Assembly (NCBI GenBank): GCA_965217185.1 | Contig: OZ244252.1 | Coordinates: 320,001-384,000 of the forward strand | Length of the DNA stretch: 64,000 nt | Direction of reading: 5' to 3' | DNA from: an uncultured Candidatus Entotheonella sp. | GTDB lineage: Bacteria > Tectomicrobia > Entotheonellia > Entotheonellales > Entotheonellaceae | Shown: positions 28,949 to 41,471 of the stretch, in pieces | How the letters are laid out: the number at the start of each line of letters is the position of its first letter | Position numbering within the stretch: position 1 is the stretch's first letter | Program-made: the position numbers and the translations under genes | The notes under the pieces: generated by a model | The model's input: only the letters and a program-made list of their open reading frames with translations | The model's database searches: none | What the model was told of the DNA's origin: nothing

Positions 28949-29306
28949 AATTCCTGGCAGACATGGGCGTCTCTCTCCAGACAGTTGCTTTCTTACAAAC
29001 CCTGGGACACGATGCCGTCCATCTCGCCGACCAAGGTCTTGAGCGCTTGCCGGATCACGAAATCCTGGAAAAGGCCCGCCAAGAGGGGCGCGTTTTGCTG
29101 GCCCATGACCTTGGTTTTGGGGAACTGGTCGCCGCCAAGGGGACCGCTTTGCCCAGCGTGATTACGTTCCGTCTCCGCAATATGCATCCTGATCAAGTCG
29201 ATGCCGCGCTACAGCTCATTATTCCTCAGCATTGGGAAGCCCTTGAGCATGGGCTATTCTCAGTGTGACCGAGGGGCGGGTGCGTTCTTTGCCGATTGGA
29301 ACCTGA
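28945..29306 (+). pseudogene. DUF5615-family PIN-like toxin with a 3' frameshift
   Basis: KFLADMGVS, D.EIL..A..EGR.LL.HD.GFG; continuation AILSVTEGRVRSLPI lies in another frame after GGG 29251-29253. Confidence 0.7.
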
Positions 29307-29517
29307 AGAGATGCGAATTACCGGATTTCACTTGTCTCAAGCCAGAAGCCCATGGAATCGCATTACTTGAATAAAGCAGCACCTGAATAGTGAATAGCAA
29401 AGCACTACAAGCGGTTACGAGAGGCGGAAACACCGGACAACCTGCAAGGGCGCATGACATGACGGGGAAGCACCGCAGCCTGGACTGCGCCCGGGCTGCG
29501 GTGCCGGTTACGGGGGA

Positions 29518-31047
<1,530 letters not shown>

Positions 31048-31099
31048 CTAACGAAAAACGCGGCGTTTTGACAACCTGCGGGCACTCTGGGGGACTGCT

Positions 31100-32740
31100 T
31101 CAATAGCCGATGGCCTGGCCGTCGCGGCGCGGGTCGGCGGCTCCGCTCAGCGCGCCGGATTGTGGGTCGATGCGGATGGCGTGCACGCCGCCGAAGTAGC
31201 GGTCCTTAGTGGCGTAACGTTCGACGATATGGCCCTTTTGTTCCAGTTGCGCGGCCACCTGTGGTTCAATGCCCGCTTCCAGGTGCAGGATTCCGTCTTG
31301 CCAGTGCGTGCGCGGCGCGGCCACCGCGGCGGCGAGGTCCATGTCATGGTCGATGACGTTGGACAGGGTCTGCAGGACCGCGGAGGGGATTCGATGACTG
31401 GCGGGAGACCCCAGAATCATGAAGGGCCGGTCGTCCTTGAGCACGATGGTCGGGCACATGTGGCTGCGCGGGATTTTGCCCGGCGCCACGGCGTTGACGT
31501 GGGCGCGGCCTTCGGAGAAGTCGTTCATTTCGCCGTTGAGCAGCAGGCCGGTGCCGTCCAGCACCATGCCGGAACCCCAGAAGAGGCCGATGGTCTGCGT
31601 GGCGGAGACGATGTTGCCCCAGCGGTCGATGATCGAATAGTGCGTTGTGCATCCCTGACCGTCGTCGGGCGAGCTGTCGGGCGAGAACGCCGGGTTGGCT
31701 CGATCGAGTGACAGGTTGCGGCCGAGGTTGGCGGCCCACGCTTTGTCGATCAACTCGTCCATTGGAATCGCCGGCAGGGTGTCGGGGTCGGCGATATAGC
31801 GCTCGCCCGCCGCGAATGACGCCTTGAGCGCCTCGGCGATCAGGTGGATGGTGTCGGCGGCGTGCGGTCCCCAATCTCGCACGGGGTAGCGTTCCAGGAC
31901 GTTGAGAACCTGGAGCAGCCGCATCCCGCCGGTGCTTGGGGGTGGGGTGGTTAGCAGGGTGTAACCTCGGTAGGTACCGCGGATAACGGGGCGTTCATGC
32001 GGCCGGTAGGTAGCCAGATCGTTCGCGGCAATCAGGCCGCCGTGGGCAGTCATGAAACGGCCAAGCCGATGGGCCAACGTATCCTGGCTGAAAGCTTCCA
32101 ACCCGACTTCCGAGATGTGTGCCAGGGTTTGCGCCAGTTCCGGCTGTTGTAACACCTCGCCGGCGGGTATGGGGCCTTGGGGGCGGGTGAAAATGCGCGC
32201 TGTCGTGGGGTAGCGAGACAGGAGGTCATGGTACGCGGCGAACTGCTTGACCATTTTGGGGGTAGCGGTGATGCCGCGTTCAGCGTGGCGGATGGCCGGC
32301 GCGATCATGGGTTCCAGCGTCTGACGCGACAGCAGCCCGAAATGGGCGGCGGCGTGGGCGAGCCCGCTGGGCATGCCGGGCACCGCAACCGACAGCGGAC
32401 CGTGCAGGGTAAGATTATGCACGGATTGGCCAGTGCCGTAGTAATGATCCGGCGTGGCGGCGGCGGGAGCTCTTTCCCGGAAGTCCAGGCAGAGCACCCG
32501 GCCATTACCGAGGCGGGCGGCGGGGGAAGCGGCATGGTTGTCCGGCATCCATATCGTCATGAATCCGCCACCGCCCAGGCCGGAGGCGTAGGGTTCGACG
32601 ACGCCGAGGGTGAACGAAATCGCCAGTGCGGCGTCGATCGCATTGCCGCCGAGTTGCAGCATCTCAAGGCCGGCTTGCGCTGCCGATGGATGCGCAGCGC
32701 ATACCATGCCTTGCGACCCATGAGGTCTATCTATTTCCAA
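31100..32740 (-). CDS. ggt: Gamma-glutamyltransferase
   Basis: [28 protein letters not shown] nucleophile, ADPRR; start uncertain. Confidence 0.92.
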   Translation of the reverse strand: MEIDRPHGSQGMVCAAHPSAAQAGLEMLQLGGNAIDAALAISFTLGVVEPYASGLGGGGFMTIWMPDNHAASPAARLGNGRVLCLDFRERAPAAATPDHYYGTGQSVHNLTLHGPLSVAVPGMPSGLAHAAAHFGLLSRQTLEPMIAPAIRHAERGITATPKMVKQFAAYHDLLSRYPTTARIFTRPQGPIPAGEVLQQPELAQTLAHISEVGLEAFSQDTLAHRLGRFMTAHGGLIAANDLATYRPHERPVIRGTYRGYTLLTTPPPSTGGMRLLQVLNVLERYPVRDWGPHAADTIHLIAEALKASFAAGERYIADPDTLPAIPMDELIDKAWAANLGRNLSLDRANPAFSPDSSPDDGQGCTTHYSIIDRWGNIVSATQTIGLFWGSGMVLDGTGLLLNGEMNDFSEGRAHVNAVAPGKIPRSHMCPTIVLKDDRPFMILGSPASHRIPSAVLQTLSNVIDHDMDLAAAVAAPRTHWQDGILHLEAGIEPQVAAQLEQKGHIVERYATKDRYFGGVHAIRIDPQSGALSGAADPRRDGQAIGY

Positions 32741-32813
32741 GTCTGAACCTTTCCCCGTTCTCAAGCGGTATGGATTACAGCAAGTTGCCGCCCTTTGCGA
32801 AGGAGACCCATCC

Positions 32814-34457
32814 ATGAGCCGGCTCACAATGTCCAAAGCCTGGAAAGCCTTGGAGACTCACAAAGAAGTCATCGCCGCCGAACACATGCGGGACCTGTTC
32901 GCCGCCGACCCCCAGCGTTTCGATACATTTTCGCTGCGGTTCGGCGAAATACTGCTGGACTACTCCAAGAACCGGATTACTGGCGATACGATGCGGCTTC
33001 TGCGCGACTTGGCGATGCAGGCAGACCTGCCGGGCTGGATCGAGCGCATGTTCACCGGCAGCAAGATTAACACGACCGAGGACCGCGCCGTGTTGCATAT
33101 CGCGCTACGCAACCGCACCAACCGCTCCATATGGGTGGACGGCATCGACATCATGCCACAGATCAACGAGGTGCTGGACCGCATGCAGGCGTTCAGCACC
33201 GCGGTGCGCCAGGGCATTTGGACGGGGTATGCCGGCAAAGCGTTCACCGACGTGGTGAACATCGGCATCGGCGGCTCTGATCTGGGCCCCGCCATGGTCA
33301 CGGAGGCGCTCAAGCCTTATGCCCAGGAAGGATTGCACGTGCGCTTCGTTTCCAATATCGACGGCACTCACCTGGCCGAGACGCTGAAGCGCTGCCGCCC
33401 GGAGACAACGCTGTTTCTCGTTGCGTCGAAGACCTTTACGACCCAGGAAACGATGACCAATGCCCGCACGGCCAGGGATTGGTTTTTGCGCCAGGCTGGG
33501 GACGACGCCCACGTGGCCAAGCACTTTGTGGCGCTGTCCACGAACGCCGAAGCGGTGCGCGAATTCGGCATTGATCCTGCCAACATGTTCCCGTTCTGGG
33601 ACTGGGTGGGAGGGCGTTACTCGTTGTGGTCGGCCATCGGCCTGTCGATTGCAATTGCCATTGGTTTCGACAACTTCAGCGGGCTTCTCGACGGGGCGCA
33701 CGACATGGACGAGCATTTCCGCACCGCGCCGCTTGAGGAAAACCTTCCTGCCACGCTCGGGCTGCTGGGCATCTGGTACAACAACTTTTTGGGTGCCCAG
33801 ACCCACGCGATCCTGCCGTACGATCAATATATGCACCGCTTTCCCGCCTATTTCCAGCAAGGCGACATGGAGAGCAACGGCAAGAGCGTCCAGCGCGACG
33901 ACGGGGCGCCGGTTGAACATTCGACGGGCCCGGTCGTTTGGGGTGAGCCGGGCACCAACGGGCAGCATGCTTTCTATCAACTCATGCATCAGGGCACCCG
34001 ACTCATTCCGTGTGACTTCATCGCGCCCGTGAAAAGCCACAATGCGGTCGGCGACCACCACACGATTCTGTTGTCAAACTTCTTTGCGCAGACGGAGGCC
34101 TTGATGAAGGGCAGAACCGCCGAGGAGGTGCGTACCGAAGTCGCCGAAAGCGGCGTGAGCGAGTCGGCCATGGCAGACCTCATTCCCCACAGGGTGCTTT
34201 CCGGCAACAAGCCGACCAACAGCATTTTGGTGCCTCAGATCACGCCGAGAATTCTCGGCCAACTCATCGCGCTCTACGAGCACAAGATCTTCACGCAAGG
34301 GATCATCTGGAATATCAATTCATTCGATCAATGGGGGGTGGAACTCGGCAAGCAGCTTGCCAACGCCATTCTGCCCGAACTGGAAGGCACGGCTGAGGTC
34401 ACCGGTCATGATAGTTCGACGAACGGGCTGATCAATTACTATAAGGCCAACAGGTAG
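32814..34457 (+). CDS. pgi: Glucose-6-phosphate isomerase
   Basis: [35 protein letters not shown]. Confidence 0.97.
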   Translation: MSRLTMSKAWKALETHKEVIAAEHMRDLFAADPQRFDTFSLRFGEILLDYSKNRITGDTMRLLRDLAMQADLPGWIERMFTGSKINTTEDRAVLHIALRNRTNRSIWVDGIDIMPQINEVLDRMQAFSTAVRQGIWTGYAGKAFTDVVNIGIGGSDLGPAMVTEALKPYAQEGLHVRFVSNIDGTHLAETLKRCRPETTLFLVASKTFTTQETMTNARTARDWFLRQAGDDAHVAKHFVALSTNAEAVREFGIDPANMFPFWDWVGGRYSLWSAIGLSIAIAIGFDNFSGLLDGAHDMDEHFRTAPLEENLPATLGLLGIWYNNFLGAQTHAILPYDQYMHRFPAYFQQGDMESNGKSVQRDDGAPVEHSTGPVVWGEPGTNGQHAFYQLMHQGTRLIPCDFIAPVKSHNAVGDHHTILLSNFFAQTEALMKGRTAEEVRTEVAESGVSESAMADLIPHRVLSGNKPTNSILVPQITPRILGQLIALYEHKIFTQGIIWNINSFDQWGVELGKQLANAILPELEGTAEVTGHDSSTNGLINYYKANR

Positions 34458-34502
34458 GCCGCGGAACTGGGGAACGAACTGAGGAGGAATCGTCAGTGGA
34501 AA

Positions 34503-34531
34503 CAGGGGCGACGGTGTATCCGACGCCCCTG
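34503..34531. terminator. Hairpin between convergent genes
   Basis: CAGGGGCG..CGCCCCTG; no U-tract. Confidence 0.45.
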
Positions 34532-34539
34532 GGGCTGGC

Positions 34540-35610
34540 TTAGTACAGCGCCACCGGGTTGCCGGGGGAGCCGGTCGCGCCGACGATCTTCAGGGGTGAC
34601 CAGACGAACAGAAACTCGTACGCCCCGTCCCTGATCAATGGCGTGAAATCAAGATTTTCGATATTCCAGATACCGCGCCGTGTTTGCATCTCGGTGTGGC
34701 ACGGCACCGCGTATCCTTCTGCCTCGCCAACCGGCTGGGCGTCGTTCGCCGACGTATCGCCGCCGGTCAGAATGATTTTACGCTCGGCAAAGTACTCGCA
34801 GGCGCTGACGCCGAAGCCCGGCTCGCCGGAGTTGAACATCTGCCGGCGCTGCGCCTTCTCTTCCGTGGACAGGGTGGGCCACACTTCGTTCGACCACAGG
34901 TCGCCGTGGCCGGTGTACAGGAATACGCAGTCGCCCTCGCCGATGTCCGCGAGGCCCTGCTTGCGCAACATGCCCCGCACGTCGTCGGCGGTGACAATGC
35001 CCGGGCTGTCCGTCGAGCGCGGGATCGGCAGCGGGTTTATGCCCTTGTAGTCGGCGGCGTTCAGCAACACGCCGCGGCACACGAAACCCTTCTCCGCTAC
35101 AAACTCGACACCGAGGCCGCCCATACCGATGACGCGTCCACCGGCGCCGCGGGTGTAAGTCTCGGCGGCCATCTGGCCGTTGTAGAAGAAATCGCCCGCC
35201 GAGGTGCGGACGCCGATGTGGCCCGGACCGTCGAACTGGGTGCTCACTTGGCCTATTTCAGTGGTCACCAATTCATCGTGATACACCAGGTTGTTCTTGC
35301 CGAACGGGCCGCCGGTGGGGGTGCCGGGGATGGTCAGGCTCCAGCTGCGCGGGCCGAAAAGGGGAACGTCGGAGGCGTACAATTTGCCAAGCGTCGCCAC
35401 CTTGCCTTGCTTAACCAGCCTGATCGCGTTCAAAACGATTTCCGGTGTGGTGCGGTTGGGGGCGCCGACTCGGTCGTCCGGACCCCATTCCGTCGGGGCC
35501 CAGTTTTCCATGAGCGGCTTGTCGTCCATCTGGGCGTGGGCCATTGCGGCAAACAGGCATACCGCGATGACCATGGCCAGCGCGGACAGCTTGTTCATTC
35601 TGAGTGCCAT
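34540..35610 (-). CDS. Exported cyclase-family (KynB-like) protein
   Basis: Signal peptide AHA; WGPDDRVGAPN, STQFDGPGH, IWNIENL, GATGSPGNP. Confidence 0.85.
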   Translation of the reverse strand: MALRMNKLSALAMVIAVCLFAAMAHAQMDDKPLMENWAPTEWGPDDRVGAPNRTTPEIVLNAIRLVKQGKVATLGKLYASDVPLFGPRSWSLTIPGTPTGGPFGKNNLVYHDELVTTEIGQVSTQFDGPGHIGVRTSAGDFFYNGQMAAETYTRGAGGRVIGMGGLGVEFVAEKGFVCRGVLLNAADYKGINPLPIPRSTDSPGIVTADDVRGMLRKQGLADIGEGDCVFLYTGHGDLWSNEVWPTLSTEEKAQRRQMFNSGEPGFGVSACEYFAERKIILTGGDTSANDAQPVGEAEGYAVPCHTEMQTRRGIWNIENLDFTPLIRDGAYEFLFVWSPLKIVGATGSPGNPVALY

Positions 35611-35723
35611 ATCCTCTCCTTTGAACCAGAGATGCGCTTTCCGTGAGGTAGTGATAATCGCTACCGATTATTAAAGAAGTAAGCCAGTATTGATTTCACA
35701 AACAGCCCGTCATGTCAAGCGGA

Positions 35724-36608
35724 TTACACCGGCATAGCGCGTCGAGTATGGGTGCGACCTTCCTTGGCCGTTTCCTCCCGGCCGCCGGCGATCACCCGTA
35801 TGCCTGAGTCGATTTTCTCGATCACCGTTTCTGGCGTACAGCTTTCCAGGAAAGCCACCCCGTTGGCTCGGCAGGCGCGGAAGACACGGTTGCATGCCCG
35901 CTGCATATCCGGTGGAAACGGCTCGCGCGGCACCTGTTTGTAGCCCATCGCCAGACCCAGGTCGCCCGGGCCCATTTCGGCGAACCCGAGGCCGGGCACG
36001 CTGAGAATCTGCTCGACGTTGGATATCCCTTCAAGGCTCTCGATCTTCACCCCCAGAAGCAGTTCGCCACGCGGGTTGAGGGGCCACGGGTCGGCGTGGT
36101 CGATGTATGCTTCCTGGCTTACGCCCCAGATGGCTGCCGCTTCGGGCTCCGAACCGCGCCCGCGTCGGCCGACCCGCAGGCCGCGACCGACGCCGACGGT
36201 ATTGATCGGGTACCGGCAAGACTCCACAAAGGCGCGCACGGCGTCGGCCGATTCTGCCTGACAGAGAAGGATGCCGTGGACGCCGCGGGCGAGAATCTGC
36301 CTGAACTGCCAAGCGTTGTTGCGAATGACGGATTCGCTCGATCCGTCGACCGGAACTTCGACGATCACCGTCGGGGTGCGGTGGCCGCTGGCCGTCGGGC
36401 CGCCGTCGACCAGCCCCTGCATATACATTCCCAGCCCGGTCATGTCGAACGCCCCATGCTCCATCCCGACGTTGATGTAATCGGCCCACGTGTTAGCGTC
36501 CTCACGGCCCTTTTCATGGGTCAGAATGTGCCCTGTATGGTCGCCGTCGTAGTAGATGGGCTGGCCGCTCGCCAGTAGCGCAACGGCACGGTTGATGCGG
36601 CTTTGCAT
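35724..36608 (-). CDS. HpcH/HpaI aldolase-family protein
   Basis: MEHG, KIES.EG, EMGPGDL; start at MQSRIN. Confidence 0.82.
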   Translation of the reverse strand: MQSRINRAVALLASGQPIYYDGDHTGHILTHEKGREDANTWADYINVGMEHGAFDMTGLGMYMQGLVDGGPTASGHRTPTVIVEVPVDGSSESVIRNNAWQFRQILARGVHGILLCQAESADAVRAFVESCRYPINTVGVGRGLRVGRRGRGSEPEAAAIWGVSQEAYIDHADPWPLNPRGELLLGVKIESLEGISNVEQILSVPGLGFAEMGPGDLGLAMGYKQVPREPFPPDMQRACNRVFRACRANGVAFLESCTPETVIEKIDSGIRVIAGGREETAKEGRTHTRRAMPV

Positions 36609-36812
36609 AAGGGTGTCCTTTCCGTTCTGAGGTTGGGATAATTTCGGGATTAGGGGAACGCGGGGGACGCGTATGTGTGTCTCGTCCTTTGTATGCAGGT
36701 ACTTGGGAAGTTCCTTGACAAGGCAGAATAGAGCATGGCACTTTAGACGCCTTCGCCGCCACAGGCAAGGCGGCAAACGAGTTTGGCGACATTCCTTAAT
36801 AGGAGAGAGGGT

Positions 36813-37793
36813 ATGCAAAGGTACAAGGCATTATTGATTGTCATGCTGGCGCTTGTATTTTGCGTCTCATCGGCGATGGCTCAGAGCAAGGAAGAGGGAC
36901 CGTGGTGGCCGCATCCGATCTGGGGTGCTGGTGATCAGGCTGGTGGCTCCAACTGGATCACGCCGGAAAAGATTATGGATTCGCTGAAGATGGTAACCAC
37001 CGGCAAAGTCTACGAGATTGGTCAGGTGTACGAGCGCGGCATGCCGCTGTTCGGGCAGCGCACTTATGCGATATTCGCCAATCAGGCCGGCCCGTTTGGC
37101 GATAACATGCTGATGGGTCATGACGATTTTCTGTGCGCTGAGATCGGCCAGGTGGGCACGCAGTTCGACGGCCCGGCCCACATCGGCATGCGCATGGCCA
37201 TGGCCGACGGCACCAGCAGGGACGTCTATTACAACGGCTATACCGAGCAGGACGACATGAAGGGTTTTTACGGCGTCGAGAGTTTGGGCGTCGAGAACGT
37301 CAAGCCGTACATCACCCGCGGCGTTCTGGTTGACGTTGCCGGATACAAGGGCGTGGATACCCTCGATCACAGCTACGAAGTCACCATGGACGACGTGCGC
37401 GGCGCGCTCGCCAAGCAGGGCATCTCCGAGTCGAGCATCAACGACGGTGACGCGCTGTTCTTCAACTATGGCTGGTCGAAGCTGTGGGGTGATCCCGACA
37501 CCTACAACACCAACCCTCCGGGTATCGGCATGGAAGTGGCCGAATGGGTCGTCGCGCAGAATGCCGCGATGGTCGGCTCCGACTCCTGGCCGACCGAAGT
37601 GTGGCCGAGCCCGACGGGCCTGGTCGTACCGGTACACCAGGAGCTGATCACGAAGAACGGTATTTTCAACCTGGAAAATATGGTCTTCGAGAGCGTGATT
37701 GCAGACGGCGTGTATGAGTTCCTCTACATTTTCACGCCCATCCGGTTTAAGGGCGGCACCGGTTCGCCGGCCCGTCCGCTGGCTATTCGGTAA
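36813..37793 (+). CDS. Exported cyclase-family (KynB-like) protein
   Basis: Signal peptide AMA; WGAGDQAGGSN, GTQFDGPAH, IFNLENM, GGTGSPARP. Confidence 0.85.
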   Translation: MQRYKALLIVMLALVFCVSSAMAQSKEEGPWWPHPIWGAGDQAGGSNWITPEKIMDSLKMVTTGKVYEIGQVYERGMPLFGQRTYAIFANQAGPFGDNMLMGHDDFLCAEIGQVGTQFDGPAHIGMRMAMADGTSRDVYYNGYTEQDDMKGFYGVESLGVENVKPYITRGVLVDVAGYKGVDTLDHSYEVTMDDVRGALAKQGISESSINDGDALFFNYGWSKLWGDPDTYNTNPPGIGMEVAEWVVAQNAAMVGSDSWPTEVWPSPTGLVVPVHQELITKNGIFNLENMVFESVIADGVYEFLYIFTPIRFKGGTGSPARPLAIR

Positions 37794-37818
37794 TTATCCA
37801 CACACAGCCACGTAGCAG

Positions 37819-37854
37819 AAAAGGGGACGCCCGCTTTGGGTCGTCCCCTTTTTT
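37819..37854. terminator. Bidirectional intrinsic terminator
   Basis: AAAAGGGGACG..CGTCCCCTTTTTT. Confidence 0.85.
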
Positions 37855-37869
37855 ATGTCCCGACAAATC

Positions 37870-37913
37870 AAAAGGCCGGGGAACGTTTTTACACGCTCCC
37901 CGGCCTCTTTTTT
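37870..37913. terminator. Second intrinsic terminator
   Basis: AAAAGGCCGGGGA..TCCCCGGCCTCTTTTTT. Confidence 0.8.
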
Positions 37914-37928
37914 GCCTAGCGGGTCAAC

Positions 37929-39434
37929 TTACGCCCGTTTGGCGATATACCCATAAGCGGTGTTGTCACGCAGGGCCGTGAGCTTACCGGCCGCGTCGTA
38001 ATCCCGCTTGATTTGCGCAAACTTGTCCTCGCTCAGGCGGCCATAGTTGGCCTGCAGGTCGAGATTGTACAAGCGTGCGGAGTTAAGGCCGAAGATCTGT
38101 TGCTTGACCGAGCTGTCGGCACCACCCAGAGGCGCGAAACCGTACTTCTCCTGCATGTCCTCGGGGATTTCCATGCGGCGCATCGCCTCGATCTGCCACT
38201 GCGGCGAACCGTAGAGCACGGAGTCGGTTCCCCACACGACGTTGGAGACGCCCAGGCCCTTGATCCAGGTGCCCAGAATCGCCGCCGTGAGGCGCGGGTT
38301 GACGATGGACGTGGATGCGAAGGTCGTACCCATTTCGGCGTAGATGTTCGAGGCGCCGTTCTGGGCCGGGATGTCGGCCAGATCCGAACACCAATCGATC
38401 CTGCCGGTCTTCTCGAAATCGCCCAAGCCATCTTCGGGCTTGTCGAACCAGGCCCGGAAGCAGCCGTGGTAGACGATGAAATTGAGCTGCGGCCAGTCTG
38501 CTGCGGCCTTGACGAGGTCGCGCGGCGTCTGATATTCCCACACGCCAGCCCAACTCTCCTCGTAATCCCTCGGCATCAGGCCCTTGTGAATACACATGTT
38601 GTTGATGCCCGCCTTCACGGCCTTCTCGTAGAACGGGTACATCAGCTTCTCGTCATCAAGCCAGAAGGGATACTTCGTCTTTGCAGACAGGGGATCGCCG
38701 ATGGTGTAGAGCTTCCAGCTTGCGGGCGGACGCTCGTCCAAGGCGCGGTCGACTTCTTCCATCCAGCCGGGCTGCCCCGGGGTCACCACATTGTGGGCCA
38801 CCATGCGGGTGTGTCCCGCCGTCTGGTTGACCATCTTGGCGGCTTCGGCGATCTGCGCGTTGCTGAGGAATTCCCAGGAATCGTCATCAAACGGCGCACC
38901 GCTCAACACCGTTACGTCGGTATCGCTGTTGAGGTAAATCTGGCGCACGTAGTTCTCGAACTTGATCAGATAGATGTCGATGTTGTTGGGATCCATCCCC
39001 GTCTTAAAGTCCGTGGCCGTCTGCTGCAAGAAGCCGAGGAAGCCTTCCTGCGAGTAGTCGTCGCGCACGAAGTGGGTCTGCACATCGAAGATGAACTGCT
39101 GCTTGAGGGCTTCGGCGCGCTCGTTGGCCATGGTGGCGTCGGCAGCCTCGGCCTCGGACACGTTGAACACGTTGCCGTACACGCTGTTCATGGCCAGGAA
39201 AGCGGCGGCCATGCCGGAACTGGTTTTGAGGAACTCGCGGCGGTCCAGGCCTTGCTTGGCGCCGTACGTATCGGCCAGTTCCTTGATGCGCGCTTCAACT
39301 TGCTTTTGCTGCGCGTTTTGTGGTGGCGGATTGAATTCGCCGTTGGAGATGACCTGCGTGGGAATCGGCGAGTGGAACGCGTTTTCCGCGCCTTCGACGA
39401 GTGAAAACTCACGATCACTGAAATAGGTACCCAT
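37929..39434 (-). CDS. Amidohydrolase-family protein with an internal Tat-like motif (copy 1)
   Basis: DRREFLK, DVQTH, IHKG, YHG, WGTDS. Confidence 0.88.
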   Translation of the reverse strand: MGTYFSDREFSLVEGAENAFHSPIPTQVISNGEFNPPPQNAQQKQVEARIKELADTYGAKQGLDRREFLKTSSGMAAAFLAMNSVYGNVFNVSEAEAADATMANERAEALKQQFIFDVQTHFVRDDYSQEGFLGFLQQTATDFKTGMDPNNIDIYLIKFENYVRQIYLNSDTDVTVLSGAPFDDDSWEFLSNAQIAEAAKMVNQTAGHTRMVAHNVVTPGQPGWMEEVDRALDERPPASWKLYTIGDPLSAKTKYPFWLDDEKLMYPFYEKAVKAGINNMCIHKGLMPRDYEESWAGVWEYQTPRDLVKAAADWPQLNFIVYHGCFRAWFDKPEDGLGDFEKTGRIDWCSDLADIPAQNGASNIYAEMGTTFASTSIVNPRLTAAILGTWIKGLGVSNVVWGTDSVLYGSPQWQIEAMRRMEIPEDMQEKYGFAPLGGADSSVKQQIFGLNSARLYNLDLQANYGRLSEDKFAQIKRDYDAAGKLTALRDNTAYGYIAKRA

Positions 39435-39579
39435 TATTACATACCCTCACATGTTAACGATGTTGTACTACACACTACACAGGCGCGGACGATGACGCGT
39501 GTCCGCTTGATGAGTGCATGCGGGACGGGAAGACCGGCCCACATGCACCGTTGGGGCAAGAGCGGAAACTCAGATCCGA

Positions 39580-41085
39580 TTAGGCACGTTTGGCAATATA
39601 GCCGTACGCCTTGTTGTCACGCAGGGCGGTGAGCTTGCCGGCCTGATCGTAGTCCCGTTTGATCTGCGCGAACTTGTCCTCGCTGAACCGACTGTAGTCG
39701 GCTTGCAGGTCGAGGCCGTATAGGCGCGCAGAGGTGAGACCCAATATCTGGTTCTTGACCGCGCCATCGGCGGAGCCAAGCGGCGCAAAGCCGTACTTCT
39801 CCTGCATATCTTCGGGTATTTCGAGGCGGCGCAGGGCGTCAATCTGCCACTGCGGCGAGCCGTGAAATACGGAGTCCGTTCCCCACACCACGTTGGAGGC
39901 GCCGAGGCCGTTGATCCAAGTGCCCAGGATGGCCGCCGTGAGGCGCGGGCTGACGATTGCTGTCGAAGCGAAGGTGGTACCCATCTCCGCATAAATGTTC
40001 GAGGCGCCGTTTTGCGCCGGGATCTCGGCAAGGTCGCTGCACCACTCGATCCTGCCGGTGTTCTCGAAGTCGGCCATGGCATCTCCGGGCTTGTCGAAGA
40101 AGGCCCGGAAGCAGCCGTGGTAGATGATGAAGTTGAGCTGCGGCCAGTCTTTCGCCGCCTTGACGAGGTCGCGCGGGGTTTGGTATTCCCACACGCCGGC
40201 CCAGCTGTCGGCGTAATCCCTCGGCATCAGCCCCTTGTGGATGCAGAGATTGTTGATGCCCGACTTCACGGCCTTCTCGTAGAAGGGGTACATCAGCTTC
40301 TCGTCATCGAGCCAGAAGGGGTATTTCGTCTTGGGAGTCAGCGGGTCGCCGATGGTGTACAGCTTCCAACTGGCGGGTGGCCGCTCGGCCAGGGCCTGGT
40401 CCACTTCATCCATCCAGCCGGGCTGTCCTGGCGTTATCACCGCGTGGGCCAGCATGCGGGTATGCCCCGCCGTCTGGTTGACCATATTGGCGGCTTCGGC
40501 AATCTGCGCGTTGTTGAGGAACTCCCAGGTGTCATCGTCGAAGGGCGCGCCGCTCAAGACGGATACCTTGGTATCGCTGTTGAGGTAGATCTGGCGCACA
40601 TAGTTCTCGAACTTCATCAGGTACATGCTGATGTTGTTCGGGTCCAGGCCGTTTTTCCACACGTCGGCGCCTTCTTTCAGGAAGCCGAGGAAGCCGTCCT
40701 GAGTGTAGTCGTCGCGTACGAAGTGGGTCTGGACGTCGAAGACGAACTGGTTCTTGAGGGATTCAGCGCGTTCGTTGGCCATGGCGGCGTCGGCAGCCTC
40801 GGCCTCTGAGACATCGAACATGTTGCCGTACACGCTGTTCATGGCCAGGAAGGCGGCGGCCATGCCGGAACTGGTTTTGAGGAACTCGCGGCGGTCTAGG
40901 CCCTGCTTGGCGCCGTACGTATCGGCCAGTTCCTTGATGCGCGCTTCGACCTGCTTTTGCTGCGCGCTTTGCGGTGGCGGATTGAATTCCCCGTTTGAAA
41001 CGACTTGGGTTGGAATCGGTGAGTGAAAGGCGTTTTCCGCGCCTTCCACGAGCGAGAATTCTCTGTCACTGAAATAAGTACCCAT
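39580..41085 (-). CDS. Amidohydrolase-family protein with an internal Tat-like motif (copy 2)
   Basis: Same length (501 aa) and motifs as copy 1. Confidence 0.88.
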   Translation of the reverse strand: MGTYFSDREFSLVEGAENAFHSPIPTQVVSNGEFNPPPQSAQQKQVEARIKELADTYGAKQGLDRREFLKTSSGMAAAFLAMNSVYGNMFDVSEAEAADAAMANERAESLKNQFVFDVQTHFVRDDYTQDGFLGFLKEGADVWKNGLDPNNISMYLMKFENYVRQIYLNSDTKVSVLSGAPFDDDTWEFLNNAQIAEAANMVNQTAGHTRMLAHAVITPGQPGWMDEVDQALAERPPASWKLYTIGDPLTPKTKYPFWLDDEKLMYPFYEKAVKSGINNLCIHKGLMPRDYADSWAGVWEYQTPRDLVKAAKDWPQLNFIIYHGCFRAFFDKPGDAMADFENTGRIEWCSDLAEIPAQNGASNIYAEMGTTFASTAIVSPRLTAAILGTWINGLGASNVVWGTDSVFHGSPQWQIDALRRLEIPEDMQEKYGFAPLGSADGAVKNQILGLTSARLYGLDLQADYSRFSEDKFAQIKRDYDQAGKLTALRDNKAYGYIAKRA

Positions 41086-41471
41086 GGGAATGTCTCCTCT
41101 TTAAGGTACACAAAGGACAGAACTTCTTCCGTTTCCACAGAACCACAGAACACCACCCGGCAACAGCCATAAGACGCCGCAGCGTCTCGTCTTCGTTGCC
41201 GGTCTCTAATGATCATCACTAGTGAATCGCACTCTAGACCAGTCATTTTAAATGTCAATAGAGTTTTTAATCCTGACAAAAAGGATTTCGACTGCTGCTC
41301 GGTACCCATTCAAGGCAGGCCTCCGGGGGGCGGCATGGGGTTTGACACCGTCGAACGGCTATCAGTATAGTATGCCATCCTTTGAGACGAACGGGTGTGA
41401 GAGTCGCCAGTGGCTTCGACAGCAAATGGTGCGCTTAAGGCTGCTATGGAGATAAGGCTAAGATAAAGCTC

